Origin: a virus
Direction: 5' to 3' (one strand)
IMG/VR virus record: IMGVR_UViG_3300025137_004926
Length of the DNA stretch: 64,000 nt
Both the position numbers and the translations under genes were made by a program. Positions 10,539 to 19,659 of this stretch are shown one piece after another. The notes beneath the pieces are model-generated. The model was not told where the DNA came from and did not search any database. It was given only the letters and a program-made list of their open reading frames with translations. How positions within the stretch are numbered: the first letter of the stretch is position 1; every line of letters starts with the position of its first letter.

Positions 10539-11089
10539 TGACAAATACATATACTAAACTAATAAATCGTAGAGCAACCAATGAGGCTTCTGACGAATGT
10601 TATACGCCAGAGGACCAAGTTATACCTCTACTAAAATACTTAGATAAGGATAAAACATACTATGAAGCAACTAGCGGAAAAAGTTCAAGCATTCTTTCAG
10701 GATTTACCAAACACGGCTATAATATGGTTGGGTCTGATACTAGGGATTTTTTTGATTGTGAACAGTCTGATATCTTTGATGGTGTTATAACTAATCCGCC
10801 ATATAGCAAGAAAGACCAATTCTTAGAACATTGCTATGCATTAGATAAACCCTTTGCTTTATTACTTCCTGTTACAAGTTTTCAGGGAGCAAGACGAGGA
10901 AAGATGTTTATGGACAAGGGAATGTCTGCACTTGTGTATAACTATAGGATAGATTTTACTGGAAAAGGTGCACCTACTTTTGGAAATGCTTGGTTTATAT
11001 GGGGTTTTATGCCGCCAAATCAAATACATTGGGTAGATAATCCAGTAGCAGGAAAAACTAAAAAGGGTATTGACATTGATAGCAAATAG
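10538..11089 (+). CDS. Putative N6-adenine DNA methyltransferase
   Basis: DECYTP and ITNPPYS motifs. Confidence 0.7.
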   Translation: MTNTYTKLINRRATNEASDECYTPEDQVIPLLKYLDKDKTYYEATSGKSSSILSGFTKHGYNMVGSDTRDFFDCEQSDIFDGVITNPPYSKKDQFLEHCYALDKPFALLLPVTSFQGARRGKMFMDKGMSALVYNYRIDFTGKGAPTFGNAWFIWGFMPPNQIHWVDNPVAGKTKKGIDIDSK

Positions 11090-11098
11090 TGTTAATAT
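11070..11098 (+). promoter_or_regulatory. Sigma70-type promoter
   Basis: TTGACA-17bp-TAATAT with TG extension. Confidence 0.6.
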
Positions 11099-11130
11099 AG
11101 TATTAATAAACCATAAGGAGAACAAATAAC

Positions 11131-11886
11131 ATGCAAGATATTTTAAAAGATATTGTTAAGCATACTCATTCGTTAGGTATCATTCAAGCGGCTAAAGTCA
11201 CTACAGATGATGAAGGAACAACGATTGATGCTATGGATGACGATAGAACTGTGGTATTAAGGGGTAAATTACATACACCAGTCAATGAGTTTAAAGGTAA
11301 GTTTGGTCTTGGTAGACTAGGCGTACTCAGTGGTTATCTTAACTATGAGGGAGAAGATAGAGAAGGTAAAACTGTAAAAGCTGGAGTAGAAGTAGGACAT
11401 GAAGAACGTAATGGTGAAATGGTTCCTACTCAATTATCATTTTCAATTCCAGGTGCAATGCAATCAACTTATCGTGTAATCGTAAGTGAACTAGTAGATG
11501 CACAAATCAAAACTGCAAACTTCAAAGGTGCCAAATGGGACGTTGAAGTTATGCCAACACAAAAAGCAATCAAGGACTTACAATACTTCGCAGGTATTCT
11601 AGGAGCATTTGATCCACTCTTTACTGTTAAGACAGTAGACGGCGTACTGAAATTTTTTATCGGTGACCGTTCAACTGATAGAGTAGAACTTCCATTCGCA
11701 CAGAATGTAAACGGTGAACTAAACACTGGTTGGAGTTTCCCTCTATCAACTGTATTAACAATCTTGAAACTTGGTGATACTAGCACAATGAGTGTTAAGA
11801 TTTCAGACCAAGGTGCAATGATGATACAAGTAGATAGTGGTATTGGACTCTACGAATACATCTTACCAGCTAAATCAGGTAACTAG
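11131..11886 (+). CDS. Putative sliding clamp (gp45/PCNA-like)
   Basis: 251 aa, AMDDDRTVVL segment and C-terminal YEYILPA resemble PCNA-type clamps; lies in the replication module. Confidence 0.65.
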   Translation: MQDILKDIVKHTHSLGIIQAAKVTTDDEGTTIDAMDDDRTVVLRGKLHTPVNEFKGKFGLGRLGVLSGYLNYEGEDREGKTVKAGVEVGHEERNGEMVPTQLSFSIPGAMQSTYRVIVSELVDAQIKTANFKGAKWDVEVMPTQKAIKDLQYFAGILGAFDPLFTVKTVDGVLKFFIGDRSTDRVELPFAQNVNGELNTGWSFPLSTVLTILKLGDTSTMSVKISDQGAMMIQVDSGIGLYEYILPAKSGN

Positions 11887-11889
11887 CAA

Positions 11890-13431
11890 GTGATTGACTT
11901 AGGTAAAAACAATCTAAGTTCCGGTTATGCAATTTTCTTGCCGGCTATTTCAAATTTCTATGTTCGTAAAATCTCTCAACATTATGCGGACAAGACAGAT
12001 ATGTTCCCACCAGAACGTATTCCAAAAGGATTTGAACACGGCTTAGACGGATTGAATATTCTGGATAAGGACAAGGGCTATGTGCATTATTCACATGGTC
12101 TATATTCCGCAGGTCACGCCAATCTCGATTTAGAAGGTTCTAAAATCGATGATGGAATGGTTGTCAATCGTAACAGAGAAAACACAGTACTAGTAGGTGA
12201 TTCAGGAGGCTATCAGATTGGTAGTGGTGCTTGGAAACTTGACTGGTCTCAGTTTGAAAATGGTGCAGATTGGCAAAAGACAAGGTGTGGTATTATGACA
12301 TGGTTAGAAGAATACTGTGATTATAGTATGACACTTGATATTCCCATGTGGGGATATCTTCCACAGTATCGTGACAAGACAGGTTTAAAATCGGCTGATG
12401 AGTGTTTAGAAAAAACAATATTTAATCATAAATTCTTTATCAATAACCGTATTCCTGGCAAAACTAAGTTTCTCAATACACTACATGGTGCTAATTGGGA
12501 TACTAGTGAGAAATGGTATCAAGCAGTCAAACAATTCAATGACCCTAAAGTCTATGGCAATAGAGCATTTGAAGGTTGGGCTATGGCTGGTGACCATGCC
12601 GGTGATGCAGAACTTCTGCTAAGGCGATTAATCACAATGCGTGATGATGGCATGTTAGCAGGTGACGATGTTTGGATACACGTTCTAGGCATTAGTGTTC
12701 TCCCATGGGGTTGTTTCTTAACAGCCATACAAAGACAACTAAGAGAACATGTTAATCCAAATATCACAATATCTTTCGATGCGGCCTCTCCCTATATAAC
12801 TGCATCTAAAGGATTAGCATACGATTATCCTGACTTGAATGCAAATGCTTGGTCTTATAAAACTAAAAAGTTGAACTGGAGACAAGATATTTCTAATCCG
12901 GATCAACCTTGGATGTATGAAGGTGCTATTGGTTCACGACTTAATATGCGTGATATCAACTACATGCAACCAGGTATGTTGAATAGGAACAAGAAAGAAG
13001 CAAAATCAAGTTGGGATAGTCTATCCTATATATTAATCCAAGCACACAACACGGAGTATCATATTCGAGGAATGCAAGATGCATTACGTAGATTCGACCA
13101 CGAATATGAAATGTTGCATGACAAGATTGATATTCATAACATGAATTTAAGCAAAACAAATGTGCTTAGTGATGTTGTGCCTGATACAGTATTGTACTTT
13201 GCAAAGTTTGTAGAAGAACTTTTTGTATCAGATAGACCAATGGACATGTTAAGTGACTTTAAAGCATTTTTACGTAAATGTGAAGGATCACGTGTTCAAA
13301 ACATTTCGACAACTCCAGACTTTATGGAGTTTGAAGAAGCAAACGTAAAAACTGAGGAGTTTGTAGATGCAGTAAAAGGTAAACGTAAAGAATACGAAAC
13401 ACCTGATACTGTAGCAGACTTATTCGGTTAG
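11890..13431 (+). CDS. dpdA: TGT-fold guanine transglycosylase, DpdA-like
   Basis: GDSGGYQ, MTLDIP, LHG, GWAMAG, IHVLG, SFDAASP motifs; clustered with folE and queE. Confidence 0.75.
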   Translation: MIDLGKNNLSSGYAIFLPAISNFYVRKISQHYADKTDMFPPERIPKGFEHGLDGLNILDKDKGYVHYSHGLYSAGHANLDLEGSKIDDGMVVNRNRENTVLVGDSGGYQIGSGAWKLDWSQFENGADWQKTRCGIMTWLEEYCDYSMTLDIPMWGYLPQYRDKTGLKSADECLEKTIFNHKFFINNRIPGKTKFLNTLHGANWDTSEKWYQAVKQFNDPKVYGNRAFEGWAMAGDHAGDAELLLRRLITMRDDGMLAGDDVWIHVLGISVLPWGCFLTAIQRQLREHVNPNITISFDAASPYITASKGLAYDYPDLNANAWSYKTKKLNWRQDISNPDQPWMYEGAIGSRLNMRDINYMQPGMLNRNKKEAKSSWDSLSYILIQAHNTEYHIRGMQDALRRFDHEYEMLHDKIDIHNMNLSKTNVLSDVVPDTVLYFAKFVEELFVSDRPMDMLSDFKAFLRKCEGSRVQNISTTPDFMEFEEANVKTEEFVDAVKGKRKEYETPDTVADLFG

Positions 13432-13451
13432 CGAATAAAGGAGGAAATAAT

Positions 13452-14744
13452 ATGTTAGAAAAACTTTTTGGATTATCTAAGAAGAAAACGACGGTTAAAA
13501 CGGAAGTTATGGCCGGACTTGCGACATTCCTTACTATGGCATATATCACAGTAGTAAACCCTGCGATATTGTCAACTGAAGGTACTGGAATGGAGTTTGG
13601 TGCTGTTTTTACTGCCACAATTATTGCGGCAGTGATTGGTACACTAATCATGGGACTGTGGGCTAATTGGCCCGTAGCACTTGCACCTGGAATGGGACTA
13701 AATGCCTTCTTTGCATTTGGTGTTATTTTTGGTATGGGATATACTTATCAACAAGCACTGGCGGCTGTATTTATTGCAGGTATAGTGTTTCTTGGATTAA
13801 GTTTGACACCAGCAAGAAAGTACATTATCAATAGTATACCGAAAGGTATGAAACTAGGTATAGGAGCAGGTATAGGTCTGTTCTTAGCTATTATCGGTTT
13901 GAAGAATGCAGGTGTTGTGGTTGATAATCCAGCTACATTGGTAGGACTAGGAGATATTTCTAGTTGGCCAGTATTACTTGCAGGTCTAGGTTTTGCTTTA
14001 ATGGCAGTCTTAGATAAACGAGGTATTCCAGGTTCAATTATTATTGGTATTTTATCAGTAAGTGTAATTGCTTGGATAACAGGTATTAGTGATTTAAATG
14101 GTGTTGTGGGGTCGATTCCGAGTCCAGTACATGCATTTACATTGGACTTTAGTTTGATTGCGACTGCCGGATTTATTGGTGTTGCTTTTGCGTTCTTATT
14201 TGTAGACTTTTTTGATACGGCAGGTACACTTACAAGTGTTGCCAACCTTACAGGGAAAGTGAATAAGAAGGGAGAAGTAGAAGGCATTGATAGAGCCTTA
14301 ATGGCGGACTCAACTGCAACTACAGTCGGTGCGTTAATGGGTACTTCTAATACTACATCATACATTGAGTCTGGTGCAGGTATTAAAGAAGGAGGCAAAT
14401 CAGGATTAACTGCGGTTACCGTAGCAATCTTATTTGCAGTGTGTTTGGTCTTAGCACCATTGGCACAAAGCATTCCAGCATTTGCAACGGCTCCAGCATT
14501 AGTCTTTATTGCTACGTATTTCTTACGTAATCTTAAAGATATTGATTGGGACGATGTAAGTGAATATGCACCAGCGGTATTGGCGGCAATTATTATGCCA
14601 CTAACATTTAATATCGCTTATGGTATTGCTTTAGGTTTTATTGCTCATGTAGTAATTAAAGCGGCAAGTGGTAGACATTCAGAACTTAATGCAGGTTCTT
14701 TAGCTATTGCGGCAGTATCAGTACTATATTTTGTAGTACAATAG
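13452..14744 (+). CDS. NCS2/AzgA-family purine permease
   Basis: MAYITVVNP, APGMGLNAFF, FFDTAGTL, YIESGAG; many hydrophobic helices. Confidence 0.92.
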   Translation: MLEKLFGLSKKKTTVKTEVMAGLATFLTMAYITVVNPAILSTEGTGMEFGAVFTATIIAAVIGTLIMGLWANWPVALAPGMGLNAFFAFGVIFGMGYTYQQALAAVFIAGIVFLGLSLTPARKYIINSIPKGMKLGIGAGIGLFLAIIGLKNAGVVVDNPATLVGLGDISSWPVLLAGLGFALMAVLDKRGIPGSIIIGILSVSVIAWITGISDLNGVVGSIPSPVHAFTLDFSLIATAGFIGVAFAFLFVDFFDTAGTLTSVANLTGKVNKKGEVEGIDRALMADSTATTVGALMGTSNTTSYIESGAGIKEGGKSGLTAVTVAILFAVCLVLAPLAQSIPAFATAPALVFIATYFLRNLKDIDWDDVSEYAPAVLAAIIMPLTFNIAYGIALGFIAHVVIKAASGRHSELNAGSLAIAAVSVLYFVVQ

Positions 14745-14755
14745 ATAAGTAAGTT

Positions 14756-14778
14756 TTGTAGGGGCTTGTCCCCTACAA
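14756..14778 (+). terminator. Stem-loop, probable terminator
   Basis: TTGTAGGGG-CTTGT-CCCCTACAA directly after the permease. Confidence 0.55.
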
Positions 14779-14805
14779 TACATTTTTAACTGAAAGGAGG
14801 ACAAA

Positions 14806-15009
14806 ATGGCATCAGGACAAAGAGCATTCGCTAAAAAGAAAGCACACAGACTTGAAAAACTCAGAGCGGTCCATAGGGCACTTGACAAACAAATCAAAAC
14901 AGATTATAATAAGTATCAAGACGTTCAAGGCAAGAAGGTTGAAAAAATGAAATTAAAAGAAGAAATTGTATCCCTAGAAAATCAAATAGGGGAACAACCA
15001 AATGGGTAG
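14806..15009 (+). CDS. Small coiled-coil protein, YdcH/DUF465-like
   Basis: L..HRALDKQI..KVEKMKLKEEI pattern; AGGAGG SD. Confidence 0.55.
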   Translation: MASGQRAFAKKKAHRLEKLRAVHRALDKQIKTDYNKYQDVQGKKVEKMKLKEEIVSLENQIGEQPNG

Positions 15010-15454
15010 TTATTATAACTACATGCTAGACGAAAGTAGAAAGGCAAATATGGCAGACGATATTAAAAAACAAAAACAAAATGCAACAAGATGGATTTGG
15101 GTTACATTTCAAAAAGAAGGTATTCACAAATATCCAGCGGCACTTGATGACCCTGCGTTAGCAACTGGCGATGAGTACGATGTTAGTTTTCTAGGTTATC
15201 CTCACAGACATATCTTTCATTTTCGTGTGGCGATTACAGTGACACATAACGACAGAGACATAGAGTTTATACAATTTAAACGTTGGCTAGAGAAACTTTA
15301 TGCAGAACAAACACTCGTATTAGATTATAAGTCATGTGAAATGATGAGTGATGATTTGTTTGATAAGATTTCAGAGAAATTTCCAGGTCGTAGTGTTAAG
15401 ATTGAAGTATCCGAAGATGGCGAGAATGGGGCTTTGATTGAATATGGAACTTGA
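15002..15454 (+). CDS. QueD-like T-fold protein with LxxxHRHxF motif (DpdL-like)
   Basis: EGIH..FLGYPHRHIF..SCE..VSEDGENG; lacks the QueD CxxxHGH cysteine. Confidence 0.7.
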   Translation: MGSYYNYMLDESRKANMADDIKKQKQNATRWIWVTFQKEGIHKYPAALDDPALATGDEYDVSFLGYPHRHIFHFRVAITVTHNDRDIEFIQFKRWLEKLYAEQTLVLDYKSCEMMSDDLFDKISEKFPGRSVKIEVSEDGENGALIEYGT

Positions 15455-16004
15455 TTATAAAAATTCTCTAGCAGAAGATATACAAGGAATGATTCGGGTA
15501 GTACCGGATCATCCTAAACCTGGCATCATGTATCAAGACATGGCAAGTGTATTTAATCACCAAGATGGATTATCTAAATGCATGACACTTATAAAAGATT
15601 GGATGTATGCTACTCAAGTAGCTTATAATTACACTCGAATCGTAGGATTAGAAGCACGTGGGTTTCCTTTAGCAGGATACTTAAGTGCAGATATGAATAG
15701 ACCATTTGCTATGGCTAGAAAAAAAGGCAAGTTACCAGGACCAACAATTTTTACAGAATACGAACTTGAATACGGTACGGACGAACTACACCTACAATCT
15801 GATTCAGTGTTAGAAGGCGACCGTGTTTTAGTACTTGATGATGTTATTGCAACCGGTGGAACACTGGAAGCAGTAACGTCATTGATTACTCGTATGGGTG
15901 CAGAAACAATAGGGATAGCAAGTATAATGGACTTGACTTTCTTAGGTGGTTCTGATAAACTAAAATCTAAGGGATACAATGTTTATAGTATCTTAAAGGA
16001 GTAG
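15438..16004 (+). CDS. apt: Adenine phosphoribosyltransferase
   Basis: PDHPKPGI, GLEARGF, RKKGKLPG, YELEYG, VLDDVIATGGT. Confidence 0.92.
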   Translation: MNMELDYKNSLAEDIQGMIRVVPDHPKPGIMYQDMASVFNHQDGLSKCMTLIKDWMYATQVAYNYTRIVGLEARGFPLAGYLSADMNRPFAMARKKGKLPGPTIFTEYELEYGTDELHLQSDSVLEGDRVLVLDDVIATGGTLEAVTSLITRMGAETIGIASIMDLTFLGGSDKLKSKGYNVYSILKE

Positions 16005-16005
16005 T

Positions 16006-16437
16006 ATGTTAATTAATATTTTATGGGCTTCAATGACTGGTAATGCAGAAGACGTTGCAGATAATTTTGAAGTGATTGCTAAGAAAAGAAATCATGAGGT
16101 CAACTTAGTTGAACTCAACGATGTAACTGCTGATAAACTACAAGAAATGAAACTTGCAGTTGTGGTTACATCAACTACAGGTGATGGTGATTTGCCTCAT
16201 AATGGTGACGAGTTTTGGGATTGGTTAGAGAATTCAACTAGTCAATTTAAAAATCTTGCATATTCTGTTTGTGCATTAGGTGATAGTTCACATCAGACTT
16301 TTTGTGGAGCAGGTAATAAAATAAACAGTAAACTAGATGAACTAGGTGCAACACGTATTAAAAATATTATAGAATGTGATTGTGGCACTGAAGGTTCAGA
16401 AGAATGGTTTAAAGAACTACTAAAGGAAATTGAATGA
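16006..16437 (+). CDS. Flavodoxin
   Basis: SMTGNAE, TSTTGDG, ALGDSS..FCGA. Confidence 0.9.
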   Translation: MLINILWASMTGNAEDVADNFEVIAKKRNHEVNLVELNDVTADKLQEMKLAVVVTSTTGDGDLPHNGDEFWDWLENSTSQFKNLAYSVCALGDSSHQTFCGAGNKINSKLDELGATRIKNIIECDCGTEGSEEWFKELLKEIE

Positions 16438-17504
16438 TATATCTTGTAGATTTGGAAAGTGTTGAATCCCGCTACACTAAGCAATGGAAGACACATTTCC
16501 CAAAAGTTCTTGGAAGCAACGGTTTGAATGTGACGGTGATAGACGGCCCTAGGGCAGGCATTCCCGAAGCCACTACACCCGGTGCTTTTTTGAATTTTGG
16601 TGGTACTAACATCTACAAGGCGGCACAGATAACAAAGATATCCCAACTGTTTTGCGAAGGCAAGATTAAAGATGGTGATTACTTTTTGTATACTGATGCT
16701 TGGAACCCCACAGTAATACAGTTAAAATATATGGCTGAACTACTTGGGGTGAAAATCCGTATTGGGGGTATGTGGCATGCAGGTTCGTATGACCCTCAAG
16801 ACTTTCTAGGAAGATTGATAGGGAACCAACCATGGGTCCGAAATGCTGAAATGTCAATGTATGAATGTTTTGATGATAACTATTTTGCAACAAAATTCCA
16901 TATTGACCTTTTTACCCAGACATTTTTTGAGGACGATAGGGATATCGACCGGCAACTACTTCACTCAATACGACAAGTTGGTTGGCCTATGGAATATATA
17001 GAAAGCGATTTAGCAGACTATAAAGGTATGGCAAAAGAGGATATGATATTATTTCCTCACAGGTTAGCGCCTGAAAAGCAACCAGAAGTTTTTGACTATC
17101 TAGCAGAGCAAATGCCTGAGTATAATTGGGTAAAATGTCAAGAACTTAATCTATCTAAGGAAGAATACCACACTATGCTTGGTAAAGCAAAAATGGTGTT
17201 TAGTGCCAACTTACAAGAGACTTTAGGTATATCTGTATTTGAAGGACTTGTAGTTGGTGCTATTCCACTAGTGCCAGACAGACTATCGTACACAGAAATG
17301 TGGTCAGATACATTTAAATACCCTAGTGAATGGACAACTAGTTTAGATGCAGTTAAAGAGAACATAGAACAGATTAAGACACATATACATATATTAATGA
17401 ATAAGAACTCAGATATGAGCGAATCTATGAATAAAGAGATTGAAAGTGTACGTAGCTTTTACTCAGTAGACAATTTAGTTAAGGAATTGCATAAATACAG
17501 TTGA
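16434..17504 (+). CDS. GT-B (GT4-like) glycosyltransferase
   Basis: FPHRLAPEKQP and ETLGISVFE (Ex7E) motifs. Confidence 0.75.
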   Translation: MIYLVDLESVESRYTKQWKTHFPKVLGSNGLNVTVIDGPRAGIPEATTPGAFLNFGGTNIYKAAQITKISQLFCEGKIKDGDYFLYTDAWNPTVIQLKYMAELLGVKIRIGGMWHAGSYDPQDFLGRLIGNQPWVRNAEMSMYECFDDNYFATKFHIDLFTQTFFEDDRDIDRQLLHSIRQVGWPMEYIESDLADYKGMAKEDMILFPHRLAPEKQPEVFDYLAEQMPEYNWVKCQELNLSKEEYHTMLGKAKMVFSANLQETLGISVFEGLVVGAIPLVPDRLSYTEMWSDTFKYPSEWTTSLDAVKENIEQIKTHIHILMNKNSDMSESMNKEIESVRSFYSVDNLVKELHKYS

Positions 17505-17547
17505 TAGTGGGTCTCCCACTCGCTATCACTTTATGGGAGAATAAATC

Positions 17548-17847
17548 ATGGCAAGATATAGAACATTGATTATGAATAACGCTGGGCTTGGTCCAAAGGT
17601 TAAAGTAAGACGTTCAATCGATATGCGTGAAATGGCAGACTTTGGTAATATTGCGGACGCTCCGCAAGACTTACCAACGAAAGGCGCTACGCATAGAGGT
17701 GCTTTAGGCTCGACATCAGCCACCAAAGGTTATGTTAATCTATCGACAGTTAATGACTTGGTTGTAGTTGATACACAAGACATGGGTTCTGTTGCTGAAA
17801 CGGCTAGAACTGGTCTTGGTTATAATGACGAACCATATCAATACTAA
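17548..17847 (+). CDS. Hypothetical protein, probably late-expressed
   Basis: GGAG SD; preceded by CATAAATA (17490-17497) and a hairpin. Confidence 0.6.
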   Translation: MARYRTLIMNNAGLGPKVKVRRSIDMREMADFGNIADAPQDLPTKGATHRGALGSTSATKGYVNLSTVNDLVVVDTQDMGSVAETARTGLGYNDEPYQY

Positions 17848-17865
17848 TTTAATTTAAATTAACTA

Positions 17866-17894
17866 TTGACATTACAGACCCACTCGTATATAAT
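17866..17894 (+). promoter_or_regulatory. Consensus sigma70 promoter for folE-queE-metK
   Basis: TTGACA-17bp-TATAAT. Confidence 0.8.
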
Positions 17895-17959
17895 AGTATT
17901 GTATATGGGTGGGTTTTCCACCATACAGACTAAGACTAAAATAAAGGAACATAGTATAA

Positions 17960-18661
17960 ATGAAAAAGACTTCCGAAATATTAAAAGCAAGACTAGAGGC
18001 CAACGGCGCTCGTTATTGGGCTGGAGATAATATAGCAGAGATTATCTACGAAGGCGATAAAGAAAATCTTATAGACGAACTCACTGAAAAGTTTGAAGGT
18101 GTGTTAGACAGTTTAGTAATAGATACGAATACAGATCCAAATTCAATGGATACAGGTAGACGTTTAGCTAAAATGTATGTCAATGAACTCATGGCAGGTA
18201 GGTATGAATTACCCCCTCCTGCAACTGCATTTCCAAATGAACCAGATAATGTTACAAATGAAAAATATGAAGGTTTACTTGTTGTTCGTTCAGAACTAAA
18301 AAGTTTATGTTCACATCATCATCAGCCAGTGGCAGGTGTTGCATACATCGGTTTGATTGCGGCAGACAAACTTATAGGACTATCTAAGTATACACGTATT
18401 GCACAGTGGTGTGCTAGACGTGGAACATTACAAGAAGAACTTGCGATGGAAATTAATAGACAGATTCGTAAAGCAACAGGCTCAAATGATGTAGGTGTTT
18501 ATATTCAAGCAACACATGGTTGTTGTGAGAATAGAGGCATAATGGCTCATAGTTCTCTTACACAAACAACTGTACTCAAAGGTTCATTCTTTGATAATGA
18601 ACATGTGAAGAAAGAATTTATGGATAACATTAAACTACAACAAGAATTTGCACCAAGATGA
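17960..18661 (+). CDS. folE: GTP cyclohydrolase I
   Basis: SLCSHH, IGLSKYTR, LQE, HGCCENRG. Confidence 0.95.
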   Translation: MKKTSEILKARLEANGARYWAGDNIAEIIYEGDKENLIDELTEKFEGVLDSLVIDTNTDPNSMDTGRRLAKMYVNELMAGRYELPPPATAFPNEPDNVTNEKYEGLLVVRSELKSLCSHHHQPVAGVAYIGLIAADKLIGLSKYTRIAQWCARRGTLQEELAMEINRQIRKATGSNDVGVYIQATHGCCENRGIMAHSSLTQTTVLKGSFFDNEHVKKEFMDNIKLQQEFAPR

Positions 18662-19554
18662 AGTTAAGATATTCAGAAGCATTCTATTCTGTACAAGGCG
18701 AAGGCAAATATGTAGGAGTACCTAGTGTATTTTTACGTACTTTCGGTTGTAACTTTCGATGCATGAACTTTGGTTTAGATAGAAGTGAACCAATGCGTGA
18801 TGAAAAACAGAAAATGGGCAATCGTTACAATGACGAAGTAAAAGATTTAATTGACAAGGGAGTACACGAAACTACAAAAGAATTTACAGATTTACCAATC
18901 ATACACACAGGCTGTGATACATATGCAAGTATATATCCTGAATTTAAGAAATTCAATATGCAGAAAAGTGTTGATGAAGTTGTTGAACATTTATTAAGTT
19001 TAACACCTAATGGTAAGTGGGTTCAAGATAACGGGCAAGACGTTCATTTAATTATGACAGGCGGTGAGCCACTGTTAGCATGGCAACGTTTATACATAGA
19101 TTTATTCGAACATGAAAGGATGCAAGATTTAAAAAATGTTACATTTGAAACAAATACTACACAAAGTTTATATCCAGAGTTTAAAGAATATCTCTCAACT
19201 AGGGCAAAATTTAAAACAACATTTAGTTGTTCTCCGAAACTCCCAGTTTCGGGAGAACCTTGGGACACTGCTATCAAACCTGCTATCGCTAGTGATTACA
19301 GTGACGTGGTTGGGTCTAGTTTGTACTTTAAGTTTGTTGTTTCTGATAGTGCAGATGTTGACGATGCTGATAGGGCCGTTAACGAATATCGTGCAGTGGG
19401 TATTGAATGTCCTGTCTATCTTATGCCATTGGGTGGTAGAAGTGAAGAATACAATCTTACAATCAAAGATGTTGCAGAATTATGTATGGCGAAAGGATGG
19501 CGTTTCACACCAAGACTACACATCACCTTATTCGGAAACGCATGGGGCACGTGA
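18658..19554 (+). CDS. queE: 7-carboxy-7-deazaguanine synthase (radical SAM)
   Basis: SEAFYSVQGEG..FLRTFGCNFRC..CDT, TGGEP, ETN, SPK, RLH. Confidence 0.92.
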   Translation: MKLRYSEAFYSVQGEGKYVGVPSVFLRTFGCNFRCMNFGLDRSEPMRDEKQKMGNRYNDEVKDLIDKGVHETTKEFTDLPIIHTGCDTYASIYPEFKKFNMQKSVDEVVEHLLSLTPNGKWVQDNGQDVHLIMTGGEPLLAWQRLYIDLFEHERMQDLKNVTFETNTTQSLYPEFKEYLSTRAKFKTTFSCSPKLPVSGEPWDTAIKPAIASDYSDVVGSSLYFKFVVSDSADVDDADRAVNEYRAVGIECPVYLMPLGGRSEEYNLTIKDVAELCMAKGWRFTPRLHITLFGNAWGT

Positions 19555-19659
19555 TGATGGTACTGCATCTAGGTATGACGATTTAGGCAATGACGTTACA
19601 GTTTCTAAAAATCTTGAACAAAGAATTAGGGAAGCTGGACATTAGGAAAGGAAAAGAAA

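Noticed and set aside
11890-13431. Ordinary tRNA-guanine transglycosylase for queuosine
   Set aside because: Lacks the C-terminal CxCxxC zinc site of bacterial Tgt, is highly divergent and is linked to the clamp gene; not fully excluded
13432-17959. Purine or preQ1 riboswitch upstream of the permease or folE
   Set aside because: Only 20 nt precede the permease; the folE leader is explained by promoter and hairpin with no recognisable aptamer
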